Origin: Eledone cirrhosa
Lineage: Eukaryota
Assembly: GCA_964016885.1 (NCBI GenBank)
Contig: CAXHJY010001591.1
Coordinates: 124,001-188,000, forward strand
Direction of reading: 5' to 3'
DNA length: 64,000 bases
Shown: piece after piece, positions 1-12,053 of the stretch
Layout: each line of letters starts with the position of its first letter
How positions within the stretch are numbered: the first letter of the stretch is position 1
Translations under genes and position numbers: made by a program
Notes under the pieces: generated by a model
Databases searched by the model: none
What the model was told of the DNA's origin: nothing
What the model saw: only the letters and a program-made list of their open reading frames with translations

Positions 1-21
1 ATTTTATATTAATTATCTATA

Positions 22-368
22 TCTACATATAATATAAAAGATTGGAACTTCCATCATCCTTTTGAGAAACGTGGAACAACCACGTCTATGCAATGATACA
101 CGTTTTACAGTCAGGCAGAAGATGAACCATCAGCTAGAGGTCACTATTCTAGGTGGGAGCACCTAGAATTGTTCATATACTATGCAAAAACGGTACAACG
201 AAGAATCTGGTATATCTGGAAGATTTTTTTTACTGTTTTTTGTATCACACAGACACCACGGACTCGGCTCATACTGTAACCAGACAAACATCCAATACAG
301 TCATTTTCTCTTTTACCTGTCTTCTCTTATCATCTGTTTACCCAAGTGAAGCTGGGTACGTCACCCTA

Positions 369-369
<1 letters not shown>
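22..369 (+). mobile_element. Mini non-autonomous Helitron with a Pif1-helicase remnant
   Basis: 5' TC(TACATATAATATAAAAG); 38-~160 translates KIGTSIILLRNVEQPRLCNDTRF...EVTILG (Helitron helicase motif); subterminal hairpin acccaagtgaagctgggt followed by CTAG|T. Confidence 0.75.
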
Positions 370-409
<40 letters not shown>

Positions 410-411
410 TG

Positions 412-442
<31 letters not shown>

Positions 443-443
443 G

Positions 444-476
<33 letters not shown>

Positions 477-477
477 G

Positions 478-526
<49 letters not shown>

Positions 527-529
527 GTG

Positions 530-560
<31 letters not shown>

Positions 561-976
561 GTATATATATATGTATATATATATGTATATATATATATAT
601 GTATATATATGTATGTATATATATATATTTATATATATATGTATATATATGTATGTATATATATATATGTATGTATATATATATATGTATGTATATATAT
701 ATGTATGTATATATATATGTATGTATATATATATATGTATGTATATATATATATGTATGTATATATATATGTATATATATATGTATATGTATATATATAT
801 GTATATATATATGTATATGTATATGTATATATGTATATATATATATATGTATATGTATATGTGTATGTATATGTGTATATATATATATATATGTATATGT
901 ATATATATATATGTATATGTATATGTGTATGTATATGTGTATATATATATATATGTATATGTATATGTATATGTAT

Positions 977-1008
<32 letters not shown>

Positions 1009-1012
1009 GTAT
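370..1012. repeat. Compound (TA)n/(TATG)n microsatellite
   Basis: Directly visible; source of the spurious YIYI ORFs. Confidence 0.97.
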
Positions 1013-1477
1013 AAGATAAATAAATAAATAAATACATACACAAGCACAATAACAACAAGCACATAAACACAAACTAGTCACCCATCACACAGCAAACATA
1101 ACACTATACACACACGCAAACGCATGCGCAAAGAAGACAAAATAAAATAAACAAACAAGCAAATAAATAAATAAATATATAGACAGACTGAATAAAAATG
1201 GCGTAGACATACAACACAACAGGAGGAAAATATAACACCACTGACGATGTTGCAGATGTGCAACGAAAGATTTATGATAAACTATATATATGTGTTTGTG
1301 TCTATATTGTATCTGTATTATTTTTGACCGTCGGTCAGTCAATGGCAACATTGAGGACCGAGTAAGTTAGATTACCGATATAAAAGACAGCGAGAAGCGA
1401 AAACCAACCAAACAGTGAGTGTGTTCTGTTATTAATTCTGGCAATATTACACAAATATGACCCTCCCCAAGTATAAC

Positions 1478-1830
1478 ATATATATATGTATATATATATA
1501 TATATATGTATATGCATATATATATGTATATATATATGTATATGTATATGTATATATATATGTACATGTATATATATATGTACATGTATATATATATGTA
1601 TATATATATGTATATGTATATATGTATATATATATATGTATATATATATGTGTGTATATATATATATATATGTGTGTATATATATATATATGTGTATATA
1701 TATATATGTGTATATATATGTGTGTATACATATGTGTGTATATATATATATATGTGTATATATATATATATATATATGTGTATATATATGTGTGTATATA
1801 TATATGTGTGTATATATATATGTATATATG
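1478..1830. repeat. Compound (TA)n/(TG)n microsatellite
   Basis: Directly visible. Confidence 0.97.
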
Positions 1831-2832
1831 TCAGGTCACCAGTTGGTGCTGCTGGTAACATGTATCCCAGTACAACCTGTCTCATGGTCGGGTCGTTGGC
1901 GACTAAACTGGCAACCCCACCAAGGTTTCTTGGTGAGGGGGGTGACTTTGGACATCATGCAGGACTAAAAACAAAACCTGTCAAATGGCAAAGGAGCTCT
2001 TAAGAGTCAATGGCCATCCAAAATCACTGGGAGAGATGACCCCTTAGCCTTTGTCAAGGCAGAATTCTAGGAGAAGAAAAACTCTGATATAACACTTGCA
2101 ACCTTGATGGTATCCAATGATGTTGACTTGTTCTTCTTTTTGGTAAATATCATCTTGGTTAAGAGAGTGGGACTGGCTTTGTGCAGTGCCTTTGCTCACT
2201 ATAAAAGCTTCACTGCACAGGCATTGCTTTATATCTAGAGATCTCTCTGCACTTGTCATCACATGGTACCATGGGCCCAGCACTATGTGTCAATAATTGT
2301 CACAGGTGTAGTGTTAGTACCAGAGTTTTCAAATCGTTCAGCGCATCGGTAGGCGTTCTTCTACATGGATATAAAGTAGTGGCCGTACTCGAAAAGGAGT
2401 TGGCAGCCACCATATATATATGTATGTATATATGTATGTATATATATATATGTATGAATGTATGTATATATATATGTATGTATATATGTATGTATATATA
2501 TATGTATGTGTGTATATATATGTATGTATGTATATGGGAGTGAAGGACCCCTAGCCTTTGTCAGGGCATTCTTCTAGGAGAAGGTAACTCAGGAAACTGG
2601 GATAACTCCGATATAAAACCTGCGGCTCAGTAGTTACCGATCATGTTGATCTTTTCTTCTTTTCGGGTTATAGCTACTGTCGCTCAGAGAGTGGGATTGG
2701 CTCAGTGCACAGTCTTTCCTCACTTTAAAAAATATCTTCACGCACAGGCATTACACGATAGAATTAATTAATAATTATTAATAATGGTATATCGTGCAAT
2801 GGCCATACTCGATAACGAGGGGGCAGCCATCA
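1831..2832 (+). repeat. Two partial copies of an interspersed repeat resembling an RTE-clade LINE 5' UTR, separated by a TA-rich microsatellite
   Basis: 2037-2230 and 2546-2755 are homologous (ccc..tagcctttgtca..ctaggagaag..gagagtggga.tggct); ggcc.tactcga...ggcagcca.cat recurs at 2381 and 2801. The family assignment is tentative. Confidence 0.5.
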
Positions 2833-2906
2833 TGTATATATATATGTGTATATATATATGTGTATATATATATGTGTATATATATATGTGTATATATATA
2901 TATGTG

Positions 2907-2971
<65 letters not shown>

Positions 2972-2978
2972 GTATATA

Positions 2979-3042
<64 letters not shown>

Positions 3043-3050
3043 TATGTATA
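2833..3050. repeat. (TA)n-rich microsatellite
   Basis: Directly visible. Confidence 0.95.
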
Positions 3051-3425
3051 TTTACTCTTTTACCTGTTCCAGCCATCCGGCTGAGGCCATGCTGGGGAAC
3101 CGCCCTTGTTGCTACACATTTTATCTCCAGCCTGTATTGGTTGCCCACTGGTGTAAGAGGGAGTTTGTTGCTGCTGCCCTTAGGTTTCCCTCGTGCCTTT
3201 CTGTGGGCTCATCCGGGATCCTGGATAGCAAGGTGTCGAGATATTTCTTGAAAACATCCACCTCCACACGATGCAGATCTCTCAGATCCCTCGGCAGCTT
3301 GTTGAAGAGTTGAGGGCCCTTGAATCCCAGGCTATTGCAATATCTGCTCCTTATTCTAGATGTGGAAGACGGGACCTTTGGCATCACAGTGTGACGTCCT
3401 GTTCGAAGGTTGGTCCAACTCCCAA
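3051..3425 (-). mobile_element. CR1/L2-clade LINE 3' end fragment
   Basis: ORF 3121-3465 contains [20 protein letters not shown]...[16 protein letters not shown], a CR1-type ORF2 C-terminus. Confidence 0.75.
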
Positions 3426-3458
3426 TGCCAAAGTTTGGTGCTATCATCACCATCATCT

Positions 3459-3570
3459 GGAGCAATGTGAAATAAAGTGTCTTGCTCAGGGAAACAACAC
3501 ATCACCCGGTCTGAGAATTGAACTCACAGCCTTTTGGTTGCTCTAACCACTAAGCCATGTGCCTCCATCA
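3459..3570 (-). mobile_element. tRNA-derived SINE fragment
   Basis: Minus strand shows an A box (tggcttagtgg) and a B box (gagttcaattct), followed by a ccctgagcaagacacttt CORE-like segment. Confidence 0.6.
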
Positions 3571-3628
3571 TATATATGTATATATATATCAAGTAAGAAT
3601 ATTTTCGAAACAGCGAGTGGGTTTGAAA

Positions 3629-3795
3629 TTATTAGAAATGTAAGCTATCGCCGTATTTTGACTAAAGAAATTAAAGAAATTATTTAGCCTGATAGTGGGG
3701 TTAAGAACCCTCGGAGTTCTTAACCCCACTATCAGGCTAAATAATTTCTTTAATTTCTTTAGTCAAAATACGGCGATAGCTTACATTTCTAATAA
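3629..3795. repeat. Perfect 80-bp inverted repeat (fold-back) with a 7-nt loop
   Basis: 3629-3708 is the exact reverse complement of 3716-3795; loop cctcgga. Confidence 0.95.
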
Positions 3796-3829
3796 AGTAT
3801 ATATATATATGTATATGTATATATATAAC

Positions 3830-4500
3830 TTTGATAGGTTTCGGCCAGTATTGGCCAAGGCCATGTCTAACTTAATAGCACCACCCAGCGAAGTCTTACA
3901 AATCAGGGTTTGGGCACCATGGCCCACTCGAGCAGAAAGTTATTGTTTATGGAGGCATATCCGGGTGTAGGAGGCTTATCCGGGATTTCTTGAAGGAATT
4001 CGTCCAAAGACTTCTTGAACTTGATGGGGTCTGTTTCTGTTTTGATATGTTTTGGTGTAATGTTGAAGAGAGCAGGACCAATTGAGGTGAAATAATAGTG
4101 CCGTATTGTTGTTATGAGATGCGAGTGAGATTTTTGTTGTGGGCGGATAACATGGGGCCCAAGCCTTGGGTGTACATTTAAAGGTGATGCCGACATCATT
4201 TGGGCAAAGCTGATGGAAAATTTTCCATATCATGCAGATAATGTAGAGCTCACGGCGACGTTGGAGAGAATAAAGGTTGAGCTTTTCTAATTGACTCCAA
4301 TAGTCAAGGCTAGTCATGCCATCTATCTTTTTTGTAATCGATCTTTGGGGTGCTTCAACTTTCATAATACTTTGTTTTGTGTGGGGAGACCACAGTGGAC
4401 AACAGTATTCAAGGTGTGGTTGGGGCGAAAGTGGAGAAGAGAAGGATAACAGTGTGGATATCTCTCGACTGGAAAGTTCTGAGAATCCAGGAACACATAC
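3830..4500 (-). mobile_element. CR1-clade LINE 3' fragment
   Basis: Frameshifted ORFs: HTVILLFSTF, QRSITKKIDGMTSLDYWSQLEKLNLYSLQRRRE, GPALFNITPK...FKKSLDEFLQEIPDKP. Confidence 0.8.
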
Positions 4501-4544
4501 TAGTGTGGAAGAACGGATGTAAAACGGTGATGATGATGATGATG

Positions 4545-5140
4545 ATAATCATCATCATCACCGTTTTAGATCCATTCTTCCACACTAGCATGGGTTAGAC
4601 GAGTTGTCCTGTTATGAGCAATGCCAGGTTGGGTGACCATGTCTTGCTCATAAAGGAACTGATTTTAGCTTGATTGCTACAGCTGGATGCCCTTCCTAAC
4701 ACCAACCTCATTTACAGTGAGTGCTAGGTGCTTTTTTTCCATGGCGCCTACACAATCACCTTACAGTGTGGACTAGATGCTTTTTTGCCGTGACACCTCC
4801 ACGACTATTTTGCAGTGGGGGAATATTATCTATATGCTTCAGTTTCGGCTTGTACCCATAGGAAGTCGGGTCTTCTGTATTACTGTGTAACACCAGAGGT
4901 CTCAGTCCTGTGTCATCGCGTTTGAGAGGTGCAATTGGGCAAGGTCAGCTTTGGGTCTCCCCAGCTTTGGATCTCCAGGTCTTCTTGGGTCTCCCCACTC
5001 CAAGGCTTCCATCGACTTTTAGTGCTCTGCACCATTTTATGCAGCTGTCATCCTTCATACGCATAACATGTCCATACCAACACAACCCCCTCTCCTGCAC
5101 ACAGCATTTGATTCCTCTTTTGCTCAGTCTCTCTGTTCGC
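4545..5140 (-). mobile_element. RTE-clade LINE 3' end
   Basis: LCWYGHVMRMKDDS...GRPKKTW, the family 3' UTR (ggtgttaggaagggcatccagctgtag) and a (GAT)n tail. The tail is locally folded back at 4497-4590. Confidence 0.85.
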
Positions 5141-5169
5141 ATATATTACTATATAGATATATATATGTG

Positions 5170-5371
5170 TGTGTAAAAGGTAAACAGAAATAACAACACA
5201 ATCGGTACAGTATATGGAAAGAATATATTAGGTTAATGCTTGAAATAGCAGGAAGAGGGTCTTAACGTTTCGGAAAGAAAGAATGAGAAATGAGATAGAT
5301 TAATGGGATAGGTGAGGTGGAATTAGGAAAAATGTCTTTAGATAAAAATAACAGATCCATTCATGTTGACA

Positions 5372-5375
<4 letters not shown>
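5170..5375 (-). mobile_element. Penelope-like pseudo-LTR remnant with a hammerhead 3' half
   Basis: Minus strand reads a pyrimidine-rich tract, then GAAACGTTAAGAC cctcttcc, similar to the pLTR remnant at 14350; the CUGANGA half is missing. Confidence 0.35.
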
Positions 5376-5410
<35 letters not shown>

Positions 5411-7049
5411 TTGGGTCATAAAGATGTCCCTCTATATCATCATCAGCATTTAACGTCCACTTTCCCTGCTAGCAAAGGAGGTAGAGGAGGTATGTATCCT
5501 GCTTACATATGGTCATTTCGAGATACAGAGAAGTTCTCATGTATTTTGACACAAACTCAAGGGTCTTCCTAACCCTTTGGCAAGCTTTCAATAGCTGGAT
5601 GCCCTTCCTATCACCAACCACTTTACAGCCTGTACTGGCTGCATTTATCATGTAGATCATCAAAAATAGAGAGCTTGTTGTGTCTTTGACACAACTAAAA
5701 GGTCCTCCCAACCCATTTAGGCATGGTCGCTACAGTGAGGTGCCCTTCCTGTTGCCAACTACCCTTACTGGGTGCATTTTCATGGGATCATCACTAAAGC
5801 GGTTGTCATAGATCTAATTATAGAGTCCTCTCAGCTCTGAGGAGAGAGATAGGTATGAAGTTATGGGTGTATATGGGGATTTGGCATGGCAATGAATAAA
5901 AGGTTGATTAGTGTATGGGGATGTAGTGATTTAAGGGTTGTGGTTAATATGGTGGGGGTGTGAAGCGTGATAGTGATAAGTAAGGGGTACGAGATGGGTA
6001 AGGGTGGCTGATTAGTGTATGGGGAGAGGAGATGTGGTAGATAAAGGGGGTTTGTGATGGAGAGATAGATAAGGGCAGTAGTGAGGGGGGGGGGGGGTAG
6101 AAAGTGTAGCTACTAGGGTGCAATGGTGAGAGTAACTAAGGTCTTTGGGGTTGGATGCAATAGTGGTGAGTGCTTGTGGGAGAGAGAGGGAGGGCTCATG
6201 GATGGGTCAGATCATATTGTATACTTCTGGCTGGGTCTTCCCCATCACAGCATAGTTCCATATATATATTTATACATAATGGTAGAACAGAATTTGCAAT
6301 AATGTTCACCTTCCTGCACTAATGACTTTGATGGCTATATTCAACAAGATCTGCTCTAAGATACAAGAATATATACATGTATGGCATTAAATTGACTAAC
6401 CTAACCCTGACACATGGGAGCCAGTTGCGGATCACAGGATTCTATGAAAACAAGTATTTGTACAAATTGTGTATGTTATATATATATGCATATATACATA
6501 TCTATGTATAAATATTTATATATTTGAGTGATGAAGGTAGCTATATGTATTTGTGTAGGTTTTGTAAGAAGCAAAGAACAAAATTTATATGAGACCTGTT
6601 TGACAAGACTAGTATGGGGAAGCTATGACTTCTCAATGAAAATTCACATGCAACACCCATAAGCATAAGCATTTTTTATATCCCGGATCTGCACCTAAAT
6701 CTGAAAATTGACGGTCGGGCTACAGTTATGAGTATTTCAGTTATATACCTTTCTCCCTTAAAAGATTGATACAAATAAGTGCCAGTAATATACTGAAAAT
6801 TTGATGAATCAACTATATATGATCCCCTTCTCGCAAAAATTATCCTTATGCCTCTGAAACAAATAATTAATTTTGTTGATAAGCTCAGAATAAGGTCGGC
6901 CTCTTATCCTGCTCAATACGCTAGTGAAACCTCATAACACTGAGCCTCCCACTTCTTGTAAATCTGACTTCTTATGTGTAATATAAAACAAAATCAATAT
7001 TCTTGTTGTTTTCTTGTTGAAAAAATAGAGGAGTTGTTTTTACATATTT

Positions 7050-7380
7050 AGTAGGCAGTTGGCCAAATGGTTAAGGAGTTTCTTTTGCACTCATTAGGTT
7101 CCAGGTTCAATCTCACTGCATGGCATCTAGGGGAAGTGTCATTTACCATAGTTTTGGATCAACCCATGCCTTGTGAGTTAAACTGGATAGACGGAAACTG
7201 TTTGGAAGCCCATCGGATGGACTTTGCTTGTAATTCAAAGGGACAGTTTTGTTACTTATATGCTGAATCTCCTTGAAAATTATGTTAAAAGTACATGTGT
7301 TCGTGGAATGTTCAGCCATTTACATGTTAATTTTATGAATAACTGGAACACACACTCATTGACACTGACAGAGGTTCATT
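7050..7380 (+). mobile_element. tRNA-derived CORE-type SINE
   Basis: A box tggccaaatgg, B box ggttcaatctc, then a ggcatctaggggaagtgtc segment and gatagacggaaactg. Confidence 0.55.
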
Positions 7381-7432
7381 CTAATAGGTAGTTTCTCATT
7401 CATTAAAAGACATGTACTCTTATCATTACATG

Positions 7433-7929
7433 TGTAGCGACGTGGTTAGTCAGTCTAGTCACTACTTCTGATCAGATCCGAGAATAGCCCTTAGAAGGAC
7501 TGTTATCGCATACGGTTTGATCATATCTGAAGATAGCCCTTAAAAGGACTTTTGTCGCATATAGCCCTTAAAAGAACTGTTGAGGATGGACAGACGAAAG
7601 CGCAAGTTGAAAGGACGAAGCAAGGCGAGATGTAAATTCGATCAGCTATTTATTTTCACATGAAGCGACGATACGAGGTACAAGGCGTGTGAGTGACAAA
7701 GCGTGGCAGAGGCGAGGAACAACGATGCGTTAGCTGACTCTGCCAAAAGTCGACTCACGAAGTGTTTGGAACCACTTTATTTATACAGAAACAATCGTTT
7801 GATGTTTAGCCGGTGTGTAGGCATTTATTCTGGTAGGTTTTAAGGGTTCTTTTGTTTCACGTTGGGGTAGCTAGCTAACAGGTAGATGGCGCTGTATATT
7901 TCACAGATGTTATTTCCGGTGGCTGTACA
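7433..7929 (-). mobile_element. Solo LTR (497 bp) with a 4-bp TSD
   Basis: Termini TGTAGC...TGTACA, flanked by CATG at 7429-7432 and 7930-7933; TATA-like tataaata and AATAAA on the minus strand; internal tandem atagccctta.aaggac repeats. Confidence 0.75.
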
Positions 7930-8009
7930 CATGTATGAAAAGATCTTATAGCAAACTACAATATCAAACATTAACTAGAACTTAACTAAAATGACCAGTC
8001 TAATTTACA

Positions 8010-8825
8010 TAATTGTATGATGTGTGCATACAAACAGCAATATTGCATGGTAGTAAGACCTGAGCACTGTGTGCAGGAGACTTGCAATTGGAAAGAAATG
8101 AAGTTTGCATGCTCCGATGGATGCGTGATAGTAATATACGTGAATGGCAAAGCATAAATGAATTGAGAGAGAAGCTAGGCATAAGAGGAATCAAATGCTG
8201 TGTGCAGGATAGGAGACTACGTTGGTATGGACATGTGATGTGTATGAAAGATGACAGCTGCCTAAAAAGGTGCAGAGCACTCAAAGTCAATGGAAGCTGT
8301 GGAGTGGGGAGACCCTGGAAGATTTGGGATGTGATAAAAGCTGACCATGCCCAATTGCATCTCTCAAAGGCGATGACACAGGACCGAGATCTCTGGCCTT
8401 ACACAGTAATACAGAAGACCTGAAGCATATATACAGTATGCTCCACCCCACCCTCCCATACATCTATGACGACAGTGCAATGTATGCATCCAGTAAAGCT
8501 TCCAACCCACACTGTAAAGTGGTTGTGTAGGTATCATGGCAAAAAGCACCCAGCCCACACTGTAAAGTGGTAGTATAGTAGTCACAACAAAAAGCACCCA
8601 GTCTGCACTGTAAAGTGGTCATATAGGTGTCACGACAAAAAGCACCCAGTACTCACTGTAAATGAGGTTGGCATTAGGAAGGGCATCCAACTGTAAAAAC
8701 CAACCCCAAATCAGTTGTGTATGAGCAAGACATGTTCACCTGACCTAGCATTGCCCACAACAGGACAACTCATCTAACCCATGCTAGCATGGAAGAATGG
8801 ATGTAAAATGGTGATGATGATGATG
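8010..8825 (+). mobile_element. RTE-clade LINE 3' end
   Basis: LERNEVCMLRWM...RLRWYGHV...GRP; 3' UTR with tandem aaaagcacccag..cacactgtaaagtgg units; (GAT)n tail. Confidence 0.85.
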
Positions 8826-9119
8826 CATACATTGACACTGTATAGAAGCATAAAAGATGATAGAGAAGTACCTGTGTCAGTTTCAATGATGCGTGTCCTA
8901 GTTGATTGGTCACTGGAATAGCCAGCTCCTGAGATTAAGGTGTATGTGGCTGAGTATTCCACAGACAGATGTACTGTTCATGTAAATCTCATGGAGATAC
9001 AACATGATACTGTATGACAAGGCTGATTGTTTGAATTACAGCTACAGTCCATCTTACGGGCTTCCTAGCAGTTTCCGTCTACTCAATTTCACGAACAAGA
9101 CATGAGTTGACCCAAGGCT

Positions 9120-10150
9120 ATGGAAAATGACACTTGCTCAAGAAAGCCATGCATGTGGTTGTTGCACAGGGGGAGTAAGCAAAAACCTTCAGGAAACAAG
9201 CTCTTTTAAATGCACAGAGGATCCCATAGAAACAGTTGATAGCTTCTGCTACCTGGGTAACCAAATCAACGGTGGTGGTGGATGTGCAGAAAGTACAGTT
9301 GCCGGAGTATGGACGATTATGACGTTGGTGGAGTGTAGGGTATGGGAGGTGTGTGAAAGGAGGAGGTAGGATAAGGGTTAAGTGGTACATACTAAATGTA
9401 TGCTTCAGAGACAAGCCAATGTCTTGAGTCCCTCCTGAAATTACAATCAATGATATATCGGTTCCATCATCACAGACAACCTCTCTTTTGAGTCTGAGAT
9501 GAGATGTATTGGAAGACCTACCTCAACATTAGCCAGTTTGACAAAGAGAGAGAGTTTGGGAAGAAAGCAAATTGATGAAACACATGAAGGTTTCAGTCTA
9601 CAGAGCCTGTATGCTCAACACATTGCTTCACAGGGACATGGAACCTCTAGTTTACACAAGAGCAGTATTTCAATGTCTTTAGTTTTCACAGCCTGAGACA
9701 TACCCTAGATAACAAGTGGTTTGATTGAGTCATGAATGATGCAGTTCTAGTACATGCCTAGATACTCAGCCTCTTCATACTGCTCTATCAATGATATTTC
9801 CATTGGCTACATGCATCATATGCCTGACAGAAGGATTCCGAAAGACCTGCTATAAGGGGATCTGACCTCCATCAAAAGAGAACAAGAGTGATCTCATCAT
9901 TGTTAAAAAGCTTTCCACAAAAGAGATATGATGTCACTGGATATGAACATAATAAGAGGGAAAATATTGTAATAGAAGCGAGAACTAGAGAAAGGTGTAA
10001 AGAGACAAAAGGTGAGGCTGAAACTTGCTATTGAAGAAAAATGAAAAAAGAGCACTATGACAACACTGGCAGATAGTGCCTTTAAATAGTGTGATTATGG
10101 CCAGGGTTGCTATGCCTGTTTTGACCTCTACAGTTTCAGCAGATACTAAT
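9120..10150 (+). mobile_element. Degenerate RTE LINE fragments (probably two families)
   Basis: ETVDSFCYLGNQI at ~9230. 9400-10100 resembles a decayed RTE ORF2 C-terminus (second family assignment is tentative). Confidence 0.55.
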
Positions 10151-10576
10151 CTACTGCCAAGATCTTGGGAACATTTTTCAGACACAGATCCATGGTCTCA
10201 CAGCTGCCAACAAATAAATATTGGAGGTTTCTTACATGCTTTACTTACATATAATACAAATATCATGAAATATATATTGAATAAATAAATGTGTTTATAG
10301 TAAATCAATTACATATAAAATCATGTGTAAATATAATATAAAATATGGATATGAATTATGGATAGAGAGGTCAGTTCATCGAGGCAAAGAAAAATTAACA
10401 TAGATCAGTTTGTAAAGTTCAACACTGCTACTCTGGTATTTGTTCATAACCCCTTCATTGTTGTTACACAGCATGTAGCACCTATGAAGAAAAAGATGTA
10501 AAAAAAAAATTATTTCTTCTTACAGTGACATGTTTTTATTTATTTATTATTATTATCATTATTAAATAAATAAAAA

Positions 10577-11970
10577 CATGCAATGGGTATAGCGAGGAAT
10601 TTAGCATACAGGTTGGGGTCCACCAGGGCTCTGTTCTTAGCCCTCTCCTGTTCATTATAGTATTGCAGGCAATAACAGAGGAGTTTAAGACCAGATGCCC
10701 ATGGGAACTCCTATATGCGGAGGATCTCACATTTATAGCTGAATCTATGGTGGAACTAGAGAAGAAATTCCAAACATGGAAGCAGGGACTAGAAAGAAAG
10801 GGTCTCAAAGTCAACCTCAGAAAGACTAAGGTCCTCGTAAGTAGACAAGAAAACAGAGCCCAGATCCCCTCAGGGAAATGGCCTTGCTCAGTATGTAGGA
10901 ACTCCATCCTCTGCCCCAAATGCAAACAATGGGTACACAAGAGATGGAGCGGGATCTCAGGAAGCTTAACTAAGAATGTAGGCTTCACATGTAGCAGCTG
11001 TGCTGGGACAGCAAGCAGCAAACAGCCACAGGAAACAAGTACCACCAATCTCTGGGAGGGCCCTGTAGAAACAGTAGACAGCTTTTGCTACCTAGGTGAC
11101 CGAATTAGCAGGGAAGAGGAGTGTTCGGAAAGTACAGTAGCCAGGGTAAGAATGAGATGGAAGAAGTTCAGGGAGCTACTGCCACTGCTAGCTGCAAAAG
11201 GCCTTCCCCTCAAAATGAAAGGCAGACTGTATGATGCGTGTATACAAACAGCGATGTTACATGGTAGTGAAACCTGGGCACTGTCTGTAGAAGACTTGCA
11301 TAGATTAGAAAGAAACGAAGCCTGCATGCTCCGATGGGTGTGTAATAGTAATATACGCGAACGGCAAAGCATAAATGAATTGAGAGAGAGAGACTGAGCA
11401 TAAGAGGAATCAAATGCTGTGTGCAGGAGAGGCGGTTCCGTTGGTATGGACATGTGATGCGTATGAAGGATGACAGCTGCATAAAAAGGTGCAGAGCACT
11501 AGAAGTCAATGGAAACCACGGAGTGGGGAGACCCAAGAAGAACTGGGATGAGGTGATAAAAGCCGACCTTACCCAATTACCTCTCTCAAAGGCGATGACA
11601 CATGACCGTGACCTCTGGCATCACGCAGTAATATGGAAGACACGACATCCCATGGGTACAAGCTGAAGCATATAGGCAATATGCCGCCAGCCCCTCCCAC
11701 TGCAAAGTGGTCGTGGAGGTGCCACAGCAAAAAAGCACCCAGCCCACACTGTAGAGTGGACATGTAGGTGCCACGGAAAAAAGCACCCAGCACTCACTGT
11801 AAATGAGGTTGGTGTTAGGAAGGGCATCCAGCTGTAGAAATCAAGCCAAAATCAGTTGCCGTATGAGCAAGGCATGGTCAGCCAACCGGACACTGCCCAC
11901 AACAGGACACCCCATCTAACCCATGCTAGCGTGGAAGAACGGACGTAAAACGGTGATGATGATGATGATG
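10577..11970 (+). mobile_element. RTE-clade LINE, 5'-truncated
   Basis: VGVHQGSVLSPLLF, LLYAEDL (YADD region), KWPCSVC...HKR zinc-finger insert, RFRWYGHV, family 3' UTR and (GAT)n tail; frameshift at ~11390. Confidence 0.92.
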
Positions 11971-12053
11971 ATATATATTAGAATGGAGGCAGTAAAAACC
12001 AGTTAGACGATTACTCATCAGAGTACTCAATACTTGGGGTAGTAGAGTGGGTA

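Noticed and set aside
1308-1478. Possible short solo LTR (TATA-like gatataaaag, ends tataaca)
   Set aside because: The left terminus and TSD cannot be fixed within the TA-rich flanks.
361-3313. Long Y/I/M/C/H-rich ORFs on both strands
   Set aside because: Translations of (TA)n/(TATG)n microsatellites, which lack stop codons; not genes.
8480-8680. Tandem ~45-bp units (aaaagcacccag..cactgtaaagtgg) resembling a CRISPR array
   Set aside because: They form the RTE 3' UTR, recur in most copies, have no unique spacers, and there are no cas genes in this eukaryotic context.
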